A DNA stretch of 64,000 nucleotides from an uncultured Bacillota bacterium (GCA_949290645.1 CASESG010000001.1:5104-69103), one strand, 5' to 3'. Shown: positions 44,169 through 53,830, numbered from the stretch's first letter. The notes: generated by a model not told the origin, from the letters alone. Translations and numbers: made by a program.

Positions 44169-44702
44169 AGAGATCATTCCTGTCTGTCATCCCCAAAGGG
44201 GGTGGCAGACATTTTTTTGTTTCGGAAAGGTCAGGAAGCTCTCCTCGACGGATGGAAAGCTTCGATTCAGAATCGGTGAGGAAGAAACGTAACCACAAAA
44301 CTTCAATTCATTTTACTTTTGCGGTTTTGGGGATGTGATGCAACACGGAAGGCTTCCTTATTGTCAGCGCCGTTCCTGAATTTGGAGGAGCTGTTGAGGC
44401 AAAATCCACAGGGATACTTTCTGCGGTTGCGCTTCTGTATTTATTAAGGAAAGAAGACCTTATATTCTCGTGTCAAGAAGAAGGAAAAAGGGGAGAGGTG
44501 CCGATTTCCCTTTCTGAAAGCGATTTTGACACAACGGGATCTTCGTTTTTGACAGGTGGGGAAAAGCGGGGATTTGATGTTTGATTTCTGTGTTCATTTT
44601 CTAATGAAAACACTTTGAATTTTCAATAATGTTTAGTTTTAATGAACAGAATTACGATTACTTGATAAATTTCGGATAAAATATCGGACTTTTTTTAATT
44701 TC

Positions 44703-44731
44703 TTGACAAAAGCGGGGGGGGGTGTTAGGTT
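44703..44731 (+). promoter_or_regulatory. Candidate promoter of the GH2/surface-protein operon with a homopolymer in the spacer
   Basis: TTGACA (44703-44708), a 17-nt spacer AAAGCGGGGGGGGGTGT, then extended -10 TGtTAGGTT (44723-44731). ATG at 44771 is preceded by AAAGGA. Confidence 0.45.
44714..44722. repeat. G9 homopolymeric tract
   Basis: Nine consecutive G residues, counted directly in the sequence, inside the promoter spacer. Confidence 0.95.
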
Positions 44732-44770
44732 TTGATTTGAAAGGGCTTACCTTTCAGAAAGGATCACTAC

Positions 44771-47704
44771 ATGAGACGGAAAAAGAATTTGCGCTTGGTA
44801 CTCATGCTCTCCTCCCTGGTCAGCATCGGTGCCTTCGCCCCACTCCAATCCGAATCTTCCGACTCCACTCAGGCAACCTCTCCGATCGTGCTTCCCAATG
44901 ACAAGAAGACGAATGGAGAGAACATCCTGCCGGAAGGCGTCCGCGAGGTCGATTTCAACTACGGATGGACCTTCAAGAAGGGAAACCTGCTCGCCGACAA
45001 GCCTTACGAAGCCTATTACGACGACTCCAACTGGAAGAAAGTCAATCTTCCGTATGACTGGTCCATCTATGAGGACTTCTCGGCGGAAATCTCCTCGGAA
45101 ATCGGACATCTCCCGGGCGGAACGGGCTGGTATCGAAAGGTCTTCACCGTTCCTGCCTCGATGAAGGGAAAGAGGATCACCATCAACTTCGATGGAGTCT
45201 ACATGGAATCCACGGTCTATGTCAACGGACAGAAGGTCGGATTCTATCCTTCGGGCTATGTCCCCTTCCACTATGACATCACCGATTACATCCACTTTGG
45301 TGAAGAGAACGTCATCGCAGTCTCGGCCACGAACCTGGATGGCTTCAACCAGGCCACCTCTCGTTGGTATTCGGGCTCTGGCATCTACCGTGACGTCTTC
45401 CTGACGATTCAGGACTCTCTCCATGTCGGACAGGACGGAACCTCGATCACCTATCCAGACCTCAAGGTCAACCACATGGCCAATCCGGACAACTTCACGG
45501 CCAATGCCGCAATCACCAACACCATCGTCAACGATACGGACGATCAGGCCAAGTTCAAGGTCCGCACGACTCTTCTGGATTACGAGACTTTGGCTCCGAT
45601 CGAGAACGGAGAGCCGGTCACTTCCGAGGAAGTCACCCTCGAGAAGGGAAAGTCCATCGATGTCCAGAACAACATCACGGTCAAGAACCCCAAGCTCTGG
45701 TCGATTGAGTCTCCCAATCTCTACTATGTCCAGACCGAGCTTCTCGACGAGGAAGGAAAGGTCATCGAGACCAAGAAGGACCGGATCGGGTTCCGCTATT
45801 TTGACTGGTACACGATGAACGATGCCGAGGCCGGCGCTCCGGCGGAAGGCTTCTTCCTCAACAACAAGTTCTTGAAGTTCAACGGCGTCTGCATGCACCA
45901 CGATCAGGGAGCCCTGGGTGCCGAGGCCAACTACAACGCCATCCGCCGTCAGATGGAGACGATGAAGGAGATGGGTGTCAACGCCATCCGCATTACGCAC
46001 AACGCCGCCGACTCCGCTCTGCTCCAGGCCTGCGACGAACTGGGGCTTCTCGTCATCGAGGAGAGCTTCGACTCCTGGTATTCCGCCAAGGCCAGCCAGG
46101 ACTTCCATCGCTTCTTCGAGCAGGTCGCAACCCATCCGGAAGCCAACGGAACGGAGACCTGGCCGGAATTCGACCTCCATCACATGATCCAGAAGCATCG
46201 CAACTTCCCTTCCATCATCATGTGGTCGGTCGGTAACGAGATCTGGGACACGCACCATCTGGCGACGGACGCGGCAAAGTCCAAGGCCCTCCAGACCATG
46301 AGGAACCTGGTCCAGTGGTGCCATGAAGCCGACATCGACGGCGATGACGACTCCCGTGCCTCGGGACAGAGAAGGTTTGTCACCATCGGTCAGAACCAGT
46401 GGGACGAATCCTGCATGCCCTTGATGCGGGAACTCGATGCGGTCGGATACAACTACTGGTGGAACTTCCAGGGACAGGACGTCAAGGACTTCCGCTTCTA
46501 TGGATCGGAGACATCCTCGGCCGTCAAGTCCAGAGGCTTCTATTCTGACAGGAACGACATGAGCTCTGTCGTCCTCCAGATGGAAGGCGTCGGCGATCAG
46601 CTCTCCTCCTTCGACAACTCTTCCGTCTCCTGGGGTGCGACCGCTTCTGTCGCCCTGAAGAAGATGCAGGACAGCTACAGCGACGGCACGGCCAACCTCA
46701 TCCATGCCGGCGAATTCGTCTGGACGGGCTTCGACTACGGCGGAGAGCCGACTCCCTGGAACCAAGTCCAGGGCCGCAATCCGCACAACTCCTTCTTCGG
46801 CATCGTCGACACGGCGGGCTTTGCCAAGGATGACTACTTCCTCTATCAGTCCCAGTGGCTGCCTAGGGATGAGACCTTCGTCCACATCGTCGGTCATTAC
46901 AACTGGGAGAACCCAGTTTTGGCCAACCAGATGCTCGACGAGAACGGAAACCTTCCGGTCAAGGTCTACTCCAACGCCGATGCGGTCGAGCTCTTCCTCC
47001 AGAAGCCGGGACAGGAACCGAAGTCTCTGGGAAAGAAATCCTTCACCCCCAAGTCGAAGGAAAACCACACCATCACCGAGACCTACTATCGCTCGAGCGA
47101 AGACAGCAACAGCCTCAACCTCGAGTGGAGCGTCGACTGGGAATACGAAGTCGGAACCAAGCTCTTCGCCAAGGCCTATGACGCCGATGGAGAGGAGATC
47201 ACCCTCGACGAGTACGATCCCTTGGTCCGCAACGCTCCGCAGAGCGAGATCGTCACGGCCGGAGAACCGGCGAGTGTCGTCCTGACTCCGGAGAAGACGA
47301 CCATGACCTCCGACGGCTATGACCTCGTCTACATCGATGCCCAGATCGTCGACAAGGACGGCAATCCCTGCCCCAACGCCATGAACAACATCAACTTCCA
47401 GTTCATCGGCGACACCGAAGCGGCGGAGATCGTCGGTGTCGACAACGGAAATGCGGACTCTTGGGAACGCTTCAAGGACTACGACGGAGAATGGAGACGT
47501 TCCGCCTTCAACGGAAAGGCGCTTGTCATCGTCCGTTCCAAGGGCAAGGATGGTCTCTTCTCCATCCAGGCGACTTCCACCGGACTCAAGGGCTCCACGG
47601 TCAGCTTCGTTTCCCAAGGGGAAAAGGAAGAGACTTCCGAGCAGCTTCTCGACGTCACCGTCGACCCGAAGAGAATCCGTCCCCTCGACGTTGTGAAGAA
47701 GTGA
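44771..47704 (+). CDS. Secreted GH2-family glycoside hydrolase (beta-galactosidase/beta-glucuronidase-like)
   Basis: Signal peptide MRRKKNLRLVLMLSSLVSIGAFA. GH2 hallmarks YRKVF, NGVCMHHDQGALG, NAIRITHN and MWSVGNEI. C-terminal Ig-like extensions. Confidence 0.85.
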   Translation: MRRKKNLRLVLMLSSLVSIGAFAPLQSESSDSTQATSPIVLPNDKKTNGENILPEGVREVDFNYGWTFKKGNLLADKPYEAYYDDSNWKKVNLPYDWSIYEDFSAEISSEIGHLPGGTGWYRKVFTVPASMKGKRITINFDGVYMESTVYVNGQKVGFYPSGYVPFHYDITDYIHFGEENVIAVSATNLDGFNQATSRWYSGSGIYRDVFLTIQDSLHVGQDGTSITYPDLKVNHMANPDNFTANAAITNTIVNDTDDQAKFKVRTTLLDYETLAPIENGEPVTSEEVTLEKGKSIDVQNNITVKNPKLWSIESPNLYYVQTELLDEEGKVIETKKDRIGFRYFDWYTMNDAEAGAPAEGFFLNNKFLKFNGVCMHHDQGALGAEANYNAIRRQMETMKEMGVNAIRITHNAADSALLQACDELGLLVIEESFDSWYSAKASQDFHRFFEQVATHPEANGTETWPEFDLHHMIQKHRNFPSIIMWSVGNEIWDTHHLATDAAKSKALQTMRNLVQWCHEADIDGDDDSRASGQRRFVTIGQNQWDESCMPLMRELDAVGYNYWWNFQGQDVKDFRFYGSETSSAVKSRGFYSDRNDMSSVVLQMEGVGDQLSSFDNSSVSWGATASVALKKMQDSYSDGTANLIHAGEFVWTGFDYGGEPTPWNQVQGRNPHNSFFGIVDTAGFAKDDYFLYQSQWLPRDETFVHIVGHYNWENPVLANQMLDENGNLPVKVYSNADAVELFLQKPGQEPKSLGKKSFTPKSKENHTITETYYRSSEDSNSLNLEWSVDWEYEVGTKLFAKAYDADGEEITLDEYDPLVRNAPQSEIVTAGEPASVVLTPEKTTMTSDGYDLVYIDAQIVDKDGNPCPNAMNNINFQFIGDTEAAEIVGVDNGNADSWERFKDYDGEWRRSAFNGKALVIVRSKGKDGLFSIQATSTGLKGSTVSFVSQGEKEETSEQLLDVTVDPKRIRPLDVVKK

Positions 47705-47720
47705 GAGAGGAGCGAAAACA

Positions 47721-50700
47721 ATGAAACAGAAAAAAGCGATTCGTCTTTCCCTGCTCTTCCTGACGGGCCTGACTTCCGTCGGAATGGCCATGGGAAGTTC
47801 CAATGCGACTCCAGTCGTCGACGGAATGGTCAAGACGGCCAAGCGCGCCGCCTCGACCTTCCTGGGCTTGGCTCCCCTCGATCCGATCACGGTCCAGGCC
47901 CTCTCTGCCCCTAGCGAACTGACTTCCTACCTCCCGACCACGGTCCTGGGATACTATTCCGATGGCTCTTCCCAGACCTTCACCATCACTTGGGACAGCG
48001 CGACCGAGGAACAGGTGAAGACGGCCGGAACCTTCGCCCTCAACGGCAAGGCGACCTATGGCGAGGAGACGCATGACGTCACCATCGCCGTCACTGTCGT
48101 CGTCATCGAGCACATCGTCACGCCGCGCGTCCTCGTCTACATCGAGGATCCGGACAACTACGAGCTTCCCAGAGAGACCCTTGTCATCTACACGGATGGC
48201 TCGACGGCGATGAAGAAGCTCGACTTCACGGGTGTCGAAAAGCCGACCGTCACCGAGCTTGGCGAGAAGAAGGTCACCGGAAAGCTCGAGACAGGAGAGA
48301 GCGTCGAATGCATCATCGAAGGCGTCGGTGCCGATGCCCTGACCAACGTCAACGCCGCCAAGGGCGCGACGGGCAAATTTGACTTCGTCAACTCCTACGA
48401 CAATCCGGATTCGATGTACAACGGCAACCACACCGAGAAGGGCATCTCCAACTGGGAGACGAGAGACCAGTCGACTCCGGAAACTTCGGGACCACAGGAT
48501 GGCTTCTATCACGTCACTGGTTCGATGACCTCGGCGGTCGAGGCCAGCTCGATCATCGTCTACTGGTGGACGGGCGAAACCAACTGCGAGCTTCCTTCCG
48601 CCTATCAGCTGGAGATCGACGACGGCTCCGGCACGTACCAGAAAGTCGACATCGAGGCCGTGGTCGGGGAATACGATGCCCAGAATTACATCACTCCCTA
48701 TCACTTCAACTTCGGCACGAAGAGAATGGTCAAGGCCTGGCGTCTTGGCTGGAAGAATCCGGGACTTGGCAAGTGGTGCAACATCTCCGAGATCGAGGTC
48801 ATGCACCCGACGGGCGAGCTGACGCTCTCCAGCGAGGCCGATTTGACGGACGTCAAGGTCAACGGTGTCTCGATCGAGAACTTCGACGGCTTCCAGAACA
48901 GCCATACCACCAAGGTCGCCTACGATGCCGAGGATGTCGAGATCGTCGCCACGGCGAGCAGCTCGGCCGCGATGGTCTACGTCCAGGAAGGCGAGATCGG
49001 CGGGGAACCCTACCGCATCCACGTCCTGAGCCAGGACTTCTCCCAGCAGAGGACGTACGAAATCTTTGTCCGTCGCGAGAACGCCCCCATCAAGGAGGTC
49101 ACGGTTTCTTTCGGCGGCGATGTCGAGAACTTCCGTCCGGGCGATTCGCTTCCGGTCACGGTCACAGGAACCACGGCCACAGGCGAGACCATCACTTCGG
49201 CCAATGCCGACGACTTCCGCTATGTTGTCGAGAACCTCTCCGGCTCGGCCGAGATGAGGGGAAGCAACCTGGTCGCCCTGACCTCCGGCTATGTCGAGCT
49301 CTCCGCCCAGATGACCTATGGCGGTGCCACGGTGACTTCCAAAGAGATCCGCGTCGCCATCCAGAGAGAGGACACCACCCTCCGTGCCCTCTATGTCGAG
49401 AAGCAGGAAATCACGATCGATCCTCTGGTCGGATACGAGCTTCCGACCACGGTGAAGGTCCACTACGAGGGCGATATCGTCCGCGAGCAGAGCGTCGCGT
49501 GGAATCCGATTCCGGCGAAATATCTCGAATCGGCCAACACCTTCACCATCCAGGGCTATGTCGTCGGAACGACCATGATCGCCGAGCTGGAAGTCTCCGT
49601 CATCACCACCGATGACGTTCGCGACCACATGACGGCGACCTTCTACGGACAGGTCGGCACCGTTCCTACGCTTCCTTCCTCCTTCCCGGCGACCCAGAAG
49701 AGCGACGGAACCTACACCAACGAAGGCGTCACCTGGGACAGCGGCCGCTTCGCGGAAGAATTCCCTGCCCTTGAGGTCGGCCAGTCGGTCCAGGCCTGGT
49801 ACTACTTCAACTCCCAGTCCAACAACTGGAAGTACGTCAACTACGTCGCGACGGAAGGCGAAGCCTCGATGGACTACGCCGACCGCCAGAATGGATACAT
49901 GATTCCGGCTTCCTTCACCTCCACGGCCTCGACGGGCGAAAGCTCGATGGCCTTCTCCGATGCCAAGGGCACGACCTGGTCGCCTGCGGCAGAAGACGAG
50001 AATCCCTACTTCGGCTTCATCTTCGGAAATGCCGGAAACATCCAGACGAAGACCGTCTCGGACATCTCCCTCCACTTCAGCTCTGAGGCCCTTCCTGCGG
50101 GACTGACGGTCCAGTACTTCACAGGAAGCTTGGCCAATGCCGACCTCGACACGACCAACTTCTCCGGCGTCGCCACGGGCGAGACCTGGGAGAGCAGCGC
50201 CCTGACCAACGAGGCTAACTGGAAGAACGTCACCGCACAGAGCGGAACGATTGCCGAGACGACGACGCTCAGCTTCGAGAAGGTCGAGACTTCCGCCATT
50301 CGCGTCCTCATCGACAAGGGAGAAGTTGCCGCAAACGAAATCGGCATCGATGACCTGACGGCGACCGAGAAGGTCTATTCCGTCTCTTCCGAGGCTCCGG
50401 AACTTTCCGCGATCAACGTCACGACCAGCACGGAGGAAGCCGGTTCCCGAGCGACGACCAACATCTATGAGGCGGGCAAGGACGAGTACACCATCGAATA
50501 TGATGGAGCGGGTACCCCGACCATCGAGGCCGTCCTGGCTGACGGAGAGCGAGGCATGATCTTGACTCTTCCGGAACAGGGCAACAACAAGGTCCTCATC
50601 ACCCTGATCTCTGAGGACGGAAAAGGCTCCCGCATCATCACAGTCAACATCAAGCGTCCGGCCAGCGAGATCAAGAGCATCTCCTCCATCCAGGCTCTCG

Positions 50701-51152
50701 AGAAGGTCACGGTCGACTCCGCCAAGGATGCGGCTGCCCTGAACCTTCCCACGAAGGTGACGGTCAACTATTCGGACGGAACGACGGGCGAAGTGGACGT
50801 TTCCTTCGACACCTCGAGTTTCGTCGGAAAGAAAGGAACCTACCTCTTCAACGGAACCCTCGAGCTTCCTCTGGAAGTCATGAACGATCTCAACCTCATC
50901 CCTCAGATCCAGGTCGAGGTCCTCAACGACTACGTCGACACGACCACTCCGGAAGATCCCGACGACAAGCCCAACGATCCGGGAGATGACAACAACCCGA
51001 GCGATCCGGGCGACAACGAGCCGACGGCTCCCGAGGACAAGGGCGGACTTCAGGGCGGCGACATTGCGGCCATCATCCTGGGCGTCCTGCTCGGCCTGAC
51101 CATCGTCGGTGGCCTCGTCTACTACTTCCTCGTCCTTCGCAAGAAGAAGTAA
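47721..51152 (+). CDS. Large cell-surface protein (1143 aa) with Ig-like/Big_4-type and carbohydrate-binding-like modules and a C-terminal TM anchor
   Basis: Signal peptide. Repeated LPTTV..YSDGS....V.W modules. Pro/Asp-rich stalk, then hydrophobic IAAIILGVLLGLTIVGGLVYYFLVLRKKK. Confidence 0.7.
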   Translation: MKQKKAIRLSLLFLTGLTSVGMAMGSSNATPVVDGMVKTAKRAASTFLGLAPLDPITVQALSAPSELTSYLPTTVLGYYSDGSSQTFTITWDSATEEQVKTAGTFALNGKATYGEETHDVTIAVTVVVIEHIVTPRVLVYIEDPDNYELPRETLVIYTDGSTAMKKLDFTGVEKPTVTELGEKKVTGKLETGESVECIIEGVGADALTNVNAAKGATGKFDFVNSYDNPDSMYNGNHTEKGISNWETRDQSTPETSGPQDGFYHVTGSMTSAVEASSIIVYWWTGETNCELPSAYQLEIDDGSGTYQKVDIEAVVGEYDAQNYITPYHFNFGTKRMVKAWRLGWKNPGLGKWCNISEIEVMHPTGELTLSSEADLTDVKVNGVSIENFDGFQNSHTTKVAYDAEDVEIVATASSSAAMVYVQEGEIGGEPYRIHVLSQDFSQQRTYEIFVRRENAPIKEVTVSFGGDVENFRPGDSLPVTVTGTTATGETITSANADDFRYVVENLSGSAEMRGSNLVALTSGYVELSAQMTYGGATVTSKEIRVAIQREDTTLRALYVEKQEITIDPLVGYELPTTVKVHYEGDIVREQSVAWNPIPAKYLESANTFTIQGYVVGTTMIAELEVSVITTDDVRDHMTATFYGQVGTVPTLPSSFPATQKSDGTYTNEGVTWDSGRFAEEFPALEVGQSVQAWYYFNSQSNNWKYVNYVATEGEASMDYADRQNGYMIPASFTSTASTGESSMAFSDAKGTTWSPAAEDENPYFGFIFGNAGNIQTKTVSDISLHFSSEALPAGLTVQYFTGSLANADLDTTNFSGVATGETWESSALTNEANWKNVTAQSGTIAETTTLSFEKVETSAIRVLIDKGEVAANEIGIDDLTATEKVYSVSSEAPELSAINVTTSTEEAGSRATTNIYEAGKDEYTIEYDGAGTPTIEAVLADGERGMILTLPEQGNNKVLITLISEDGKGSRIITVNIKRPASEIKSISSIQALEKVTVDSAKDAAALNLPTKVTVNYSDGTTGEVDVSFDTSSFVGKKGTYLFNGTLELPLEVMNDLNLIPQIQVEVLNDYVDTTTPEDPDDKPNDPGDDNNPSDPGDNEPTAPEDKGGLQGGDIAAIILGVLLGLTIVGGLVYYFLVLRKKK

Positions 51153-51173
51153 TCCATCCTCGCTGAAACCCTT

Positions 51174-51200
51174 GGGGCTGGCCTTCGGCCGGCCCCTTTT
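51174..51200 (+). terminator. Intrinsic terminator after the surface-protein gene
   Basis: GGGGCTGGCC-ttcg-GCCGGCCCC hairpin (near-perfect) followed by TTTT. Confidence 0.7.
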
Positions 51201-51206
51201 CCATCG

Positions 51207-51230
51207 GAAAAACTGGCTTTCTCGGCCAGC
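51207..51230 (-). terminator. Intrinsic terminator after the UvrA-paralogue gene
   Basis: On the minus strand, GCTGGCC-gagaaa-GCCAG is followed by TTTTT. Confidence 0.5.
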
Positions 51231-51255
51231 TTTTCTCCTTATCGATATCTTTCGT

Positions 51256-53733
51256 TTAGAGATACCTTCCGGTCTTGCTTTCCTTGCAGTTGCGGATTTC
51301 GTCCACGGTTCCGCTGCAGACGACTTCTCCGCCTTCCTCTCCTCCACCAGGCCCCATGTCGATGACGTAGTCGGCATTCGTGATGACATCGAGGTCGTGT
51401 TCGATGACGATCAAAGTCGCTCCCTTTTCGATCAGGGTCTGGAAGACAGAGAGGAGGACTTTCACGTCCAGAGGGTGGAGGCCGATTGTCGGCTCGTCGA
51501 AGACGAACAGAGAATCTTCCTGTCCTCTTGCCATCTCGAAGGCGAGCTTGAGACGTTGGGCCTCTCCTCCGGAAAGAGAAGGGGTCTCCTCTCCGAGGGT
51601 CAGATAGCCAAGGCCGAGGTCCTCCAGGACTTGGAGCCTCTGCTGGACCAGTTTCATCTCCTTGGTCTTCGCAAGCGCAGTATGGACGTCCATGGCCATC
51701 AGTTCCGGAAGGGAGAAGGACAATCCGTCCTTGCTCCGATAGAGGATGTCGTCGGCTTCCTTCCGATAGCGGGTGCCGTGGCATTCCGGACAGGGGATGG
51801 TGACGTCGGGAAGGAACTGGACATCGAGGTTGACGATTCCCGTGCCGTCGCAAATCGGACAGCGGAGCTTTCCGGTGTTGTAGGAGAAGTCGCTGGCCTT
51901 GCAGTGCTTTTCCTTGCTGTCCTTCTGGCGGGCGAAGATCTTTCTCAGCTCGTCATGGACATCGGCGTAGGTCGCCACCGTCGAGCGGACGTTGATTCCG
52001 ATCGGCGTGGCATCGATGAGCTTGCATTGGTGGATTCCGCATTCGTCCAATCTCTTGACATGGGAAGGAAGTTTTTGTCCTTTGATCTTTGACATCAATG
52101 CGGGAATCAGACTCTCCAGAATCAGGGTCGTCTTTCCGGAGCCGGAGACTCCAGTGACGGCGATGAGCCTTCCCTTCGGGAAATCGACGGAGAGCGGATG
52201 GACGGTGTGGAGAGAGGATGTCTCGAGATGGATTCTTCCCTTCCGGAAGAGTTCCTCCTTGTTCAGAAGCGATCTTGTCCTTCTTCTTTTTTCCTCCTTG
52301 AGGAAGGGGGCGATGAGGGATGAGGGATTGTTTTCGATTTCCTCAAGCGTTCCTTGAGCGAGGACTTCTCCTCCCTCTTTTCCGGCTCCCTTTCCCATTT
52401 CGATGATGTGATCGGAATGCTTGAGGACGTCGACGTCATGGTCGACAAGGAGGATGGAGTTTCCATCCGAAATCAGGTCGTCCATCACGCCGACAAGGCC
52501 CTTTAGGTTCTCGGGATGAAGGCCGATCGAGGGCTCGTCCAGGACATAGAGCACGCCGGTAGTCCGGTTTCTTACGGCCCTGGCCAGTTGCATCCTCTGT
52601 CTCTCTCCCGTGGAGAGAGTGGCAGCGGAGCGGTCGAGGGTCAGATAACCAAGGCCCAGATCCAGAAGCCTTCTTGCACAATCGAGGAAGGACTCGACGA
52701 TTCTCTTTGCCATGGTCTGCATCTCTTCGGGCAAAGTCGAGGGAACATTCTTGACCCACAAGACCAGTTTCGAGAGGGGCATCTGGCAGCAATCGGCCAG
52801 GGAGAGCCCGTCTATTTTCGGGGCACGGGCTTTTTCGGAGAGCCGAGTCCCGTGGCAAGAAGGACACTCTTCCTGCTTGAGGAATTTCTCCACCCTTTTC
52901 ATTCCGCTCTCGTCCTTGACCTTGCTAAGGGCGTTCTCGACCGTATAGACGGCGTTGTAATACGTGAAATCCAGCTCGGCGAAGTCGTTGGAATTCTTGG
53001 CCTTGTAGAGGATGTGCTTCTTGACGGCAGGACCATGGTAGACGATGTCCTTCTCCTTCGGGGTCAAGTCGCGGAAAGGAACGTCTGTCCTCACGCCCAT
53101 CGCCCGACAGACATCGACCATCAAGGACCACATCAGGGAATTCCAGGGAGCGACCGCTCCCTCCTCGATGGTTTTGGATTCGTCGGGGACGAGAGTGGAG
53201 AGATCGACACTCCGCACGATGCCGGTTCCTTGGCACTTCTCGCACGCTCCTTGGCTGTTGAAGGAGAGCTCCTCCGCCGACGGGGCATAGAAAGAGGCAT
53301 GGCAGATCGGACAGACCAGTTCCTTTCCGGAGGCGACGGCAAGGCTTGGCTTCACGTAATGTCCGTTGGGACAGAGATGGCTGGCAAGGCGGGAGAACAT
53401 CAGTCGCAGGCTGTTGAGAAGCTCCGTCCCTGTTCCGAAGGTGGAACGGATGCCCGGAACGCCGGGCCTCTGCCGAAGAGCCAAGGCTGCTGGGACGTAA
53501 AGGACATCATCGACCTCGGCACGGCTGGCTTCCGTCATTCGCCTTCTTGTGTAAGTCGAAAGGGATTCCAGATATCTTCGGGAACCCTCGGCATAGATGA
53601 TCCCGAGGGCCAGGGAAGACTTTCCGGAACCGGAAACGCCGGCGATCGAAACGATTTTGTTCAGGGGAATGTCGACGTCGATGTTCTTCAGGTTGTGGAC
53701 TCTTGCTCCACGGACTTCGATATGGTCTCGCAT
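51256..53733 (-). CDS. UvrA-family ABC ATPase paralogue (825 aa, shorter than canonical UvrA)
   Basis: IEVRGARVHNLKNIDVDIPLNKIVSIAGVSGSGKSSL. Two ABC modules with zinc-finger cysteines (CPICHASF, CEKCQGTG, CPICDGTG, CPECHGTR). Confidence 0.85.
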   Translation of the reverse strand: MRDHIEVRGARVHNLKNIDVDIPLNKIVSIAGVSGSGKSSLALGIIYAEGSRRYLESLSTYTRRRMTEASRAEVDDVLYVPAALALRQRPGVPGIRSTFGTGTELLNSLRLMFSRLASHLCPNGHYVKPSLAVASGKELVCPICHASFYAPSAEELSFNSQGACEKCQGTGIVRSVDLSTLVPDESKTIEEGAVAPWNSLMWSLMVDVCRAMGVRTDVPFRDLTPKEKDIVYHGPAVKKHILYKAKNSNDFAELDFTYYNAVYTVENALSKVKDESGMKRVEKFLKQEECPSCHGTRLSEKARAPKIDGLSLADCCQMPLSKLVLWVKNVPSTLPEEMQTMAKRIVESFLDCARRLLDLGLGYLTLDRSAATLSTGERQRMQLARAVRNRTTGVLYVLDEPSIGLHPENLKGLVGVMDDLISDGNSILLVDHDVDVLKHSDHIIEMGKGAGKEGGEVLAQGTLEEIENNPSSLIAPFLKEEKRRRTRSLLNKEELFRKGRIHLETSSLHTVHPLSVDFPKGRLIAVTGVSGSGKTTLILESLIPALMSKIKGQKLPSHVKRLDECGIHQCKLIDATPIGINVRSTVATYADVHDELRKIFARQKDSKEKHCKASDFSYNTGKLRCPICDGTGIVNLDVQFLPDVTIPCPECHGTRYRKEADDILYRSKDGLSFSLPELMAMDVHTALAKTKEMKLVQQRLQVLEDLGLGYLTLGEETPSLSGGEAQRLKLAFEMARGQEDSLFVFDEPTIGLHPLDVKVLLSVFQTLIEKGATLIVIEHDLDVITNADYVIDMGPGGGEEGGEVVCSGTVDEIRNCKESKTGRYL

Positions 53734-53830
53734 GTTTTTTCCCTCCAGGATTCATGGCAATCGAAACACGTCGATTTGAAGGAAAAGGTCATTCGATCGC
53801 CTGAGTCATGATCTTGACGTTTTTGCCGGT

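Noticed and set aside
43999-44338. ORFs of 83-99 aa overlapping the tRNA-Lys and tRNA-Leu genes on both strands
   Set aside because: They overlap well-folded tRNA genes and have no RBS or motifs.
44747-51389. Very long minus-strand ORFs (1047 aa and 1244 aa) opposite the GH2 and surface-protein genes
   Set aside because: Same antisense-shadow phenomenon. The + strand products have signal peptides and GH2 motifs, while the minus-strand translations are repetitive (rich in V, D, G, R, L) with no features.
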